A DNA stretch of 64,000 nt from Paragordius varius (lineage: Eukaryota > Animalia > Nematomorpha). This document shows, in pieces, positions 53,249 to 64,000 of this stretch (its first letter is position 1; every line of letters starts with the position of its first letter). The notes below the pieces were generated by a model that ran no database searches, was not told the DNA's origin, and saw nothing but the letters and a program-made list of their open reading frames with translations. The translations under genes were made by a program, and so were the position numbers. The DNA is taken from assembly GCA_964247055.1 (NCBI GenBank), contig OZ176052.1, positions 11,594,001-11,658,000 of the forward strand, read 5' to 3'.

Positions 53249-56200
53249 ACCAAAAAGATTTGAAAAGTATTGGTCTCCTCTTTTATATCAAGGTCCGTAT
53301 ACTCAAAAATTAAAATTGTCATTTTTTATGAAGTCAACCATAATATTATGATTATGATAAATGGGGATGATTTAACATTTACCTATATTTAACACGCTTA
53401 TTTTATAGGCCCTGCTTTACGATTGGGGTTTTAAATAATACTAATATAAAAAAGATTGACAGTTTTGATCTTTGTGCTGACGGCTATCATAATTATTACC
53501 TTATATTTTACCTTGAGGTTCCAATGACAAATATCTAGAATATATATTTTTTTTTATTTAAATTTGTCATTTGCTTTCTTACATGCTATATAAAATGTTA
53601 AATGTCATTATTTTACAGATTGTCATTTCCCTTATAAATCATCGACCAAATGCTCATAATTTTTCGTATGCAACCGAATTGCAAGAATTCACCCGAGCCA
53701 CAAATGTACGGATTCGGTTATTGAGAGCCAAAACATTGCTTGGTCATTTAATGGCCTTAACACGGCAGGACTCCACTGTTACTCGTCGAGTAAGATTAAT
53801 ACGTAATTAAAAATAAGATAAAATTAAAAATATCTCCAAATAATTGGATTTTTACCAGTAATAAAATAAATATATTTTCAAATTTAGTTAATTTCTATTT
53901 CGTAATCGAATTTAGTTTTTGGGTCAATTAGGCTACAATAATACATGCAAAAAAGATAAAAACTTACAAATAAAACGCAAAAGTATAGAGGAAATCAGCT
54001 TACTAGAAGTTTTACTGTAAAACATGGCATTTTTAATGATTTTCTGTTACTAAGGAATATATCAAAATATTGAATTTAGTGCATTTATTTTCTCTTTCTT
54101 GTATGTAGTACTTTTACAGTATCAAAGATATATCGATTGGTGGGCGCTGTGTTTGTAATGGACACGCAGACACATGCGATAAAACAGATTTGGAAAATCC
54201 AAGTAAATTGGTTTGTCGATGTCAACATGATACCTGTGGTCCACAATGTGAATACTGTTGTCCCGGCTTTCGACAAAAGCCTTGGAAACCTTCCACGTTT
54301 GATAGTGTTAATCCGTGCGAACGTAATTTAATTTCATACTTTTAATTATTCTATGTTGGTTTTTTATGAAAAAGGGATTAATTTAAACAAATTAAACGGT
54401 AAATATATTGTAATAGTATTTAATGCCTTAATCTTTTTGTAAATTTGCGGAACTATTCTTTGAATCAACCAAATTTAAGCATCCAGCATATGATACCTCT
54501 TTCTCATTGGCTTAGGGAACTCAAGTTTTTTTACTGAAAAATATATTGTAATACTTTCTAATTGGAAAAATATTTTTTTAACACAATTAGTTGTTTTTAT
54601 ACTAGTATATTAAGTTTCCCTACATTTAAAATAAAATGATTTTAATTAATTACATTCTTCCAATACAAAAAAACAGCGTGCAATTGCTTTGGACATTCGA
54701 GCGATTGCGATTACGATGCCGAAATCGATCGCAAAGGATTGAGTTTGGACATATTTGGTCGCAGGTCTGGGGGCGGGGTTTGCAAAAATTGTCAACACAA
54801 CACGCAAGGCATTAACTGTAATGAATGTCGCCTCGGGTTTTATAGGCCCGTGGGTCGAGCTTGGAATGCTACTGATGCTTGCATACGTATAAATTTTTAT
54901 GTTTAAATTTTGTTTTTTCTGTCAAAGAAATTATTTGTTTAAATATACTTTTTTCGACAGATAAAACATTTTATTCATTTTACGGTTTATTAAATGCGGT
55001 TTTTAATCCGGAATCAAAAGTTCGGAATTTATAGACACACTCTAGGCAAAAATTTATCAAATTCTGTTGTAAAACAACGCCAATAATATCTTAAAATTAT
55101 GTTTAATTTTTTATTTTTTCAAATCTGTAATGTGTAAAACCACCTTTTGTTGTTAATAGCTTGTGTATGTGATTCATACTATTCAAATGGTCATTGTGCC
55201 GAAGAGACTGGGATATGTGAATGCAAACAAAATTTTACTGGACCCAATTGTGGAATGTGCAATAAGGGTATGCATATATTATGGCTAAATAAAAATGCAA
55301 AAATATTAACAACAAATATTTCGAATTAAGAATTTTGTAGACTCACAATATTTGACATACTTTTTTTGTAGGATACTACGATTTCCCTACTTGTAAACCA
55401 TGCGAATGTTTTGGAAACGGTACCGAAGGCGAAATTTGCGAGTATCAAGATGGTTTTTGCCCGTGCAAGTTTAATTTCCAAGGACGCAATTGTGATCAGT
55501 GTGCACTTGGCTATTACGGTTTCCCAGCTTGTCAAAGTAAGGAAAAGATAAAACTTTAATATTTTTTATCACAATTTTTTGATATGCTTTTGATGTTTAA
55601 TTACATATAGTTGAATATATTTTTATATTTTGCAAAATTAAAAAATTTAAACTTTAGAGATTTGAACTTAAAATGTTTATGGAACCATTTACCAAAACAA
55701 ACAGTTTAGTTTTTTAGGATCACAACCGCGGTTCACACCAGAAAATTGATTTTTTCAAATTTTTATTTTTTTATTCATCAATGTATAATAAAATTTTCAG
55801 ATGAAAACATGCGATAGATTATATTTTTAATATTACTAAAAATATTTAGTTACAAGTGGCAACGGAACCAAAATAAGAACCGAAAGCAAAATAATTTTAT
55901 TTACATTTTCCAATTTAAAAGATTATGTAAAACTGGATCAAATGTTTCTTTGCCTTTTCTTTTATTATAATGTTTTCGACACCATACTTTTGTTATTGCG
56001 TTTGTTAGGGTGTGAATGTGAAATGAGTAATGTGATTAATTATGTGTGCAACACTCAAAACGGTCAATGTAAATGTAAACCAAATTACGGTTCCAAAAAT
56101 TGCAATGAATGCGCTAACGGTTATTATCAATATCCTGCCTGCCTTTACTGTTCGTGTGATCCGACTGGCACGTTGCCTCAAATATGTGATAAAGAAACAA

Positions 56201-59200
56201 GCCAATGCCTCTGTAAACCCGGGTACACTGGCCAAAGGTGTGATCGATGTGATAGAGGCTACTATGGTTATCCTGAATGTAAAAGTAAGCTCTCTCGCTA
56301 AAAATGGATCTATGCTAAGAGGACTTTACTAAATTTTGTATTGTTAATAGTATAAATAGTTTAAATATGGTTAATGGTTGATTTTTGTTTTATGTGTGAA
56401 GATAGAGTTTAATGTAAAAAAGTTTGCTGAAATTTGTATTTAATTTTAAATTTAGTTTTTGCAAACATATATTTTGCAGGAAACCCTGTGTTACAGGTGT
56501 ATTTCTTGTGAGTTAATAATAATCATTAGCCAGGCAAAATTTTCATTAATAAGATTCAAATTTTTTAATCGTAAAATTCTTGTTGTAGTAATGGTGGTAG
56601 TCAAAATAATTGAAAAATATTAAATATGTTTTAAGGAAAAGTTTACTAATTTGCTCTAACAAAATCTTTGATTATGTTACACAAGATTTTAGAAAAAAAA
56701 TATTTTATAATACACCAAATTTAATTCGATAGAGTGTAATTGTAGCGAGCTGGGTTCGTTTGGGTTCGAATGTCAAAATAACGGCCAATGTCAATGTAAA
56801 ACGAATTTTACCGCAAGACAATGCGATCAATGTGCAGCGGGCTACTACGAATTCCCAGAATGCAAGGGTAAATATATTCTTTATTAAGTGAACCTTAAAT
56901 TAAAATTCGTAAAACATAAAAAATAGAATACAATAAATAAAATTATGTTTATTCCACAATTCATATCATGTATAGAAAAACAAAAATTAAAATATATGAT
57001 TTAATTAAAAGTTATTAATTTCAACTTTTTATGTGTTGTCTAATTAAGAAATCAAAATCAGGTTTTAAAAGCCAGTAGATATAAGTTTTAAATTTAACTT
57101 ATATGAAATATTTTTCTTTAAACCGAGTATCTATCTAAAAATATTTTTTTGTAGATTGTGAATGTGATGTATATGGATCAAAGGGGAGAAATTGTGATGA
57201 TAACGGACAATGCTGGTGCAAAGATAATTTTGATGGAAATAAATGTACAAGCTGTAAAGAAGGATTTTACAACTTTCCTATATGTGAAGGTTTTTTCTTC
57301 TATTTTTATTAATCTATAATTTGTTTACATGGTTACAGTAAACTTATATATTTGGGGCGTAAAAATTAAAATGTGAAAGAAGTGACAACTTAAAATTAAA
57401 AAACTCATTTTCAAAATGTAGGTTATTATTAACCATATGTTTAGGGATCAAAACTAATAAGCATAGTCAAAAATATTTTACTTTAATCATATGGATTTGG
57501 AAAATAAGGCTCAAAAAAATATTGTTGAAAAATCAACAGTGTTCACTTTTTTGAATAAATGGCGTTTGATAAAAATTGGACCTTGACCCTACTATAAATT
57601 ATACAACTATTTAAAATAAAACCAAAATTTTACACATTATATCAACAAAGAATGTAATTGTGATCCTGCCGGTATTATATACAATTTCCTGGGTTGTGGC
57701 GCAATGCGAGATGGCTTACTCTGTCAGTGTAAAGAACGCGTGACTGGCCATATTTGTGACAAATGCAAACCACTCTACTGGAATCTTAAAATATCCAATC
57801 CATTTGGTTGTGAAGGTAAAGTTTTTAAGATTTATATGCATTAAATTTTTTCTCTTTCAGTATATATAAATTTTTTAGATCAAAATATAAGAAGTCTATT
57901 TTTTATTTTTAATTTATTGTGTAAAAACTAAGTGATATGAAAAATCATATTTATAAGAATCAACGTATATATAAATTTTTTGTAAACTTTTTATTTTTTT
58001 GAACAAATTTTTTCCAAATTTCACAAGATTGTGGATGCGATGCACGGGGCGTTGTTTCCGGCTTTAAAGATTGCGAATCGGAAAATGGTCAATGCATATG
58101 TAAAGCTAATGTTGAGGGTCGTGCTTGTGATCAATGCAAGGATGGTTATTTCAATCTGCAAACTGGCAATCTTTTTGGGTGCACAAGTAATCTATTTGCC
58201 TTTTTCAATCGTTATTATTTTAAGAATCTCATATATATGTTTTTATCGTATCAAAGCATATAATCTTACAGCCCCCAAATTATATAAATTTATAGTTCTT
58301 TACGCTACCAAACTTTGAAATCGGTAAGGTTATAATAATGTAAATGTAAAAACTTAAACTCCTTCATATAATAATTTTAAGATAAATTAATATCACCACT
58401 TATTTTAATATAATAATATATCAGATAAACCACTCATATTTGCCAAAGTTCAAAATAATTATCATAATTAACTCACTAAGAAGTTTGATTTATATTATAT
58501 TTTGTTTAAGGTTGCGACTGTAATCCCGGCGGTTCAGTTAGCAATGTTTGTGACAAAGAAACCGGACAATGCCCTTGTCTCCCACGCATTGAGGGTCGGA
58601 CCTGCGATCGATCCATTGGGAATCATTATGTACCGTTGTTGAATCATTTGCGATTTGAATTGGAGGATGGACTGAATGCTGAAACTAATGCACCCGTACG
58701 ATACGCATACGATGAAAATGTGTTTCCTCGTTATTCGTGGCGAGGATATGCCATTTTCTCTGAACTCCAGGTAACTAAAACATATAGATTACACATACAT
58801 TACTTGATTGGTTGGTTGATATTTATTTAGTTAATTGAAAACTATGAAAGTTTTGGATGTTTAATTTTATTAGTCAAAGATATAATGTTAATCAACATCA
58901 GGGAATAGAACCGGAACCGTTTTTGTGCTTCATGATTACCCTTTTCTAGTTTCGTGTTAGACAAAAAACGCTTTGGAAATCGTTTCGCGAATTTTCAAGC
59001 CTTTCAAAATATATGATAAATTATTTCTTTTATTCAAAATTTTTTTTAGCAGAATTAATTAGAATAACTTAAATTTTGAAATAATAAAACCATTTGATTA
59101 AGAAATTAAATTATTTTTGGTAACTTTTGAACCGAAAATGAATATTGACTGCCAATCTTTTCAAAATACTTGTATTATTTTGCATTTATTGTTAAACGAA

Positions 59201-61456
59201 ATTTATTATGTCATATTTGCATAGCCCAAAGTCATTATGGATGTATCTAATATTCCACATGGATTATATCGGTTAGTAGCACGTTATGTTAATCGTAATG
59301 CTAAACCCGTACTCATGGAAGTGTCCGTTAAAAATAGACCCACCTATGAACACAGCCATTCAGGTCAAACTTTACCAATGAATCCTTCATCATCTGGAAT
59401 TTCAGATGCGTCCTCATCCTCGAACATTATTCAATCACATTGGCTCATATTAAAACCTGATCAAGCTTACATTGAACACCAAAGTAAACGACCCCAAAAT
59501 GTGACAATTTTTGCCTCCCTTCCCCAATATTCATATGCCACGACTTTGTCCACTTCACCGACAAATCGTGAGTTATTTCTCAACAGGCAAGAAGAAGGAG
59601 ATAATCAAATGTCTAAGATTGCAACTTCGTTTGTCATTGACTCCAATTTTGTGGATGTTGTGTTTGAACTTAAGGACATAACGGATTCCGTTTTCATAGT
59701 ATATGATATCTTTTTAAAACGTTCTATAAAATATTAGGGTTATCACCATTAAAACGGAAAATTTATTTAAATTTAAGATTATAAGTTTAGCGAAAAATGT
59801 CAATTATTAAAATATAGAAATATTTATATTTCAATAAATCGCATTATTTGCCAAATATAATTTTATTGCTTTAACATAGCGCAAATCGTTATTTAGGCCT
59901 ATTCCTGTTACTCTGCTTATTCTTTATAACAATACCACCTTAAAGTTTAGTGTATTACCCCTTTATAAATGATCAATTCAATTTTTCAAAAATTTATTCA
60001 TATATGTAGGATTACTTTAATCTCATACCCTCTGAGTATTACGAGGCAACTAAACTGCAATACCACGTAGAAGATGCGTGTAAGGTTGGAGATCAATTGA
60101 CAGGACTATGCCGACAATACGTTTATCCTCCGTTAGAGCCTGACTTATATCCAGGATTCGTTAACATATTTGGAGATCAGTCTTACATGTTAGAAAAAGA
60201 TGGTTACTACAGACAAGTACCACAACATTTGGGCGATTTTGCACTCATACAAAATTTGAACTTGACTAATGATATGGTTGTTTTGGATACCAAACAAGTA
60301 ATTTAAAGTTTTGCTCTCCTTAAATGCAATAAATTTATTTGATTTATATAAAATTATATTATTGTGCTATAAAATTATTTTGTAACACTAAAATAATGCT
60401 ATTTTGTGAATGTTGCTAATTAACCAATCTAACATCATTTATTTGCATTAATAATTTTAATATATATAAACGAAATAATATTATAAATTATCTATTGATC
60501 TTATTATTTTTACTGTTGCAGAAAGAGGTCAATTTCGACATGAAATTGGAACCGAGTGAAGATTATAACTTCATAGTTCATTACTATACACCACACGAAA
60601 TTTACCCTTATCAAATTGATACTACGCTGAGACATAAAGAGACTAATGCAAAATATGAAGGACATTTAACAATTAATCAGTGTGATGATAAGTAATTAGT
60701 TTTGTTATGATAAGCTTTAATAGTTTGATACAAGTAAAAATTAAATGTAAGTATAAGCTTGCAACTGAATATTGTAAGTTTTTGACTATATCCAGCGGCT
60801 GTTTAAACATTTTTTTCTGCCAAAATAGATTATTATGTCGTCAATTTTTAACGACACGCGATGGGAAAGTTTTGACGGTTCCCTTCAAAACTTCTGGCAT
60901 TTCAGGTGATGATTTTAGCGGCAAACCGAAACATTTAGCGGAAACGAAATTTATAGATTCGGCAAATGGTTTATCTAATGTCGTCGATTTAGCTAACGTT
61001 GAAATCACGTTTCGTCTCAACACATATGAACAACAAAGCTTTGAGGCTGCCCTAAACAACAATAATAATAATAACAACAATAATGGGGCAAATAATGACC
61101 CCAGAATGTCAGCCTATAATCCTAGTTTAGCGATTGCATCTGTAAGTGCTTTACCTGCTCGACACTGGAATATAGATTTGGTTAAACCGACCCTCCTGTC
61201 CATTAATAATAATGAACAGTAATGATACTTTCCATATTATATGAATATTAATATTTCTTTATTTAAATTTGGCAAAATAAAATGTCATTAAGGCCTCAAG
61301 TTGTAAAGTAAATAGTACAATTTTTTTTTGATTTGGCCTGACACATTGTATTAACGATTATCATCTAATGATTGACTTTGCACTTTTGAAGAAAAATATA
61401 TTAGCTCCAAAGTTATTTTTGACTTTTTGTTATTTGCTTTTTATTAACATATTCTA

Positions 61457-61498
<42 letters not shown>

Positions 61499-63916
61499 AA
61501 TTCTAGTAAAATAATATCCCATTTTGATCAATTGGGTACGTATCGATATAGACTAGATGATGATAATAAAAATGCGACTCAACATATCGTTCATCAAACT
61601 TTTAATCAACACAATTATTCTCGGGTCGATCCAAAAGTAAGTTGTGCATTTATGATTTTATTCAAGTAATATTAATGAATAAATTAAAAAAAAAAGAAAT
61701 TACTAAGAAACAATGATTATTAATTCAGACAATATTATTTAAAACATATATTCAATGTATAACTTTGATATAAAGGATAGGTATGAGGTTGTCGACGGTT
61801 TATTTCTTTATAAAAATGGGTTTTACATAAATCTTCAAATATTTTTATCCCTTATTGCCACATTTAATAATAAAAACATTTAGAACCAAACACAGTAATA
61901 TTTCAATGATTTGGTTTTGTGCGTTCCTTACACAAATGCCTAATTCGGCTTTGTGGGTATATCAAAGTTTTACAACTAGCTGCATTGTTGTAATAAAATT
62001 TTTACTCATGAAAAAAGCATTCGTTAGGATTTAACTGGGGATAGGGGTTGAAAAATTGATCTAATCGCATACGATACAAGATCATTTGGGAAACAAAGGT
62101 AATTTTCTTCTAAAAAAATTCGAGCCACTTAAAGGATCCTATTTTGATTTCAAAATTGATGATCCCCTCAACTCCTATCATACAAATGTGTGATACGTTT
62201 TTTCCCCACAATATATATGCGCTAAACCATTTGAAAACTTTCTGCGGCAGAAAATTGTCCTAAAGGTGCGTATCCAATATTTTTGATTCTTCCTGACAAA
62301 TTTTCTCCTGTTGTGTTTAAGGCGTATTAGAAGCGCGTTTCATATCGCTTCGAATAACTAGCAAAGAAATTCTTTCTCTCAGTTCTAAAATGCACTTTTT
62401 ACGGGTTATATTTATTTCAGTATTTTACGCATTGTAGGTTTTAAAATCTTTGGAGGATCTGGTATTTTATTCAATTGATCATTAATCGTGGTTTTACTGG
62501 CATTTTAAATGGTTTCAAGTTAAATCAAGATACCCAAATCTGGAAATTTTTAATACCCAAAACCATATTCCGGCTAAATTTATTAACCCGATAGTTTTTC
62601 ATTTTCCAGAGGATTAGAAAATACTCTATATGCCTTGTATTTTTTTCTTTCGCCCAAAATTCATAAACTTTATTATAAAAAATGCTGGCTAACTGGCATA
62701 TATAGAGGAACGTATCATTCCTATGTATGATAGGAGTTGAGGGAATCATTAATTTCGAAATCAAATCGAGATTATTGAAGCGGTAACTCCTTCAAATTTT
62801 GCTTGGGGCTTTTTTTACCCCCAGTTAAACGCTATTAAATGTTTTTTTACCCCCCCCCCCCCCCCCCCAGTTAAAATCTATAAATTGTTTTTGACAAATT
62901 CATATTTTATCTCCAAAAAGACCACTCCATTGTTATAACTATGATAGATCAATATATCCAATTAAGACGTTTGTGTGAGGAAATACAAGACAAAATCAAT
63001 GAAAAATTATTTTGGTTTTTCTAATTCTATTTTAATAAAATAGTTGCCTTAAAAAAACTAAAAAATGAAAATAATTAACAACTTTTTAAAAAATTTTATC
63101 GTTCCTCCCAGAATTGGCGGTACTTTATAATTTTTTACTGGGAATTAGTTTTTCTAAAACGCTTTCATTTTTTGCCCTTTTCATCTTACTGCATTATACT
63201 ATGTGATGTTTTTTGTTATCACAATAGGTAAATCATACCATACAAATCAAATTACCGAATGAAGAAGAATACGTTGTTATAGCCAAATATGTTCAAGATA
63301 AATATCCAGGTTTCACAGTTAACATTGATATTGATGAGGGAAAAGGACACATCATAGGAAAGTTTAAGTTGGATTACTGCCCAAACTTATCGGGTTGTTA
63401 TGTTCTCCTTAAAGATTCAGACCTTAAATGGGTCTTTGAATTGCCGAAAGAATTCAATCTAACCATATATCATCATACTCCCTATCTGTTTTGGCTGGTA
63501 TATAATTGCTTGCATACATAACTTAATTTTTTAAATATACAAGTTTAACATTTTATGATAAATATATTTGTGTTGTTTGTAGAACAATATAATTCTCATG
63601 CCCAAAGATGTATACCAAAACAATTGGTTAGTTAATACACAACCAATTGACCAAACTGTCAAATTTATTGAAAGGTGTACAAACATTTTTATCGAGAATG
63701 ATACGAACACATTGATGGACCCATTTTGTCAAAAGGCCATGTTTTCGCTCTCCACCGATTTTAATACAGGGGCACTGCAATGCGATTGCGATAACCGCGG
63801 ATCTATCAGTTATAGCTGTAACCCTGTGGGCGGACAATGCCAATGTAAAGCCAATATAATTGGTCGGACTTGTTCCCGCTGTAAATCGGGATACTATGGA
63901 TTCCCTAATTGCCAAA
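51149..63916 (+). CDS. LAMA5: Laminin subunit alpha, alpha-3/5 (LanA/epi-1) type; first 20 exons, continues beyond the window
   Basis: Exons 51149-51739, 52924-53160, 53609-53789, 54109-54322, 54677-54886, 55160-55267, 55372-55536, 56009-56284, 56733-56867, 57155-57289, 57651-57815, 58028-58186, 58511-58770, 59225-59698, 60010-60297, 60522-60691, 60829-61218, 61552-61636, 63228-63497, 63583-63916. Signal peptide; LN domain ([62 protein letters not shown]); tandem LE repeats; the long alpha-3/5-type globular domain (RFELEDG, YSWRGYA); then further LE repeats. Confidence 0.96.
52320..52585 (+). mobile_element. hAT-like non-autonomous element with the best-preserved 3' end, in laminin intron 1
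   Basis: GTGGCCCGCGAAGCTATATTTGTGTTGGACACCCCTG; homologous to the copies at 38441 and 42309. Confidence 0.65.
53214..53245. repeat. (TA)n microsatellite in laminin intron 2
   Basis: Direct reading. Confidence 0.9.
61465..61494. repeat. (AT)15 microsatellite preceded by a short (CA)n, in laminin intron 17
   Basis: Direct reading. Confidence 0.9.
62810..62876. repeat. Local duplication of TTTTTACCCCCAGTTAAA with the C-run expanded to C19 in the second copy
   Basis: Direct reading at 62811-62828 and 62843-62875. Confidence 0.75.
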
Positions 63917-64000
63917 GTAAGCTACTTTTTTGCATGGAAAGATGCGCCAAATTTGGTCAATATTGAATGAATGAAAACTTTGATTATATCTACTTTTAAT

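Noticed and set aside
4029-63915. Numerous antisense or alternate-frame ORFs over real exons (for example 4029-4325, 12960-13298, 26700-26930, 32656-32988, 56005-56235, 63628-63915)
   Set aside because: They are shadows of the coding exons on the other strand or frame, with no independent evidence.
2203-63916. Minor (U12) introns or non-canonical splice sites
   Set aside because: No GTATCCTT/ATATCCTT donor among the inferred introns; all modelled junctions are GT-AG.

Overview
Strongly AT-rich animal (invertebrate-type) genomic DNA using the standard genetic code, with intron-rich genes. The organism cannot be assigned from sequence alone. I assembled all exon chains by hand from GT-AG sites and reading phase. 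Well-supported genes: glycogen debranching enzyme AGL (+, 2203-21796, 38 exons, ~1918 aa, ~390 aa longer than human); a KLHL10-like BTB-BACK-kelch gene (-, 23509-27523); a ~1563-aa low-complexity, proline-motif-rich protein of unknown family (+, 31079-36703); a core-1 beta-1,3-galactosyltransferase-like gene (-, 37249-40407); and the 5' part of a laminin alpha-3/5 (LanA-type) gene (+, 51149 to beyond the window end). Three more unidentified gene candidates lie at ~1256-1760, 40471-41780 and 44934-47375. The most unusual non-coding feature is a set of foldback-type elements: four members of 111 bp to 1.5 kb with CCATTT...AAATGG ends, TATA flanks and interchangeable 21-bp subterminal arrays. Splicing signals also look unusual: one homology-supported 28-nt intron, candidate 22-28-nt introns, +5G at only ~16 of 68 donors, and frequent AAG acceptors. 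hAT-like and Chapaev-like MITEs, a Helitron-like 3' end and several (TA)n tracts are present. I recognised no rRNA, tRNA or CRISPR array.
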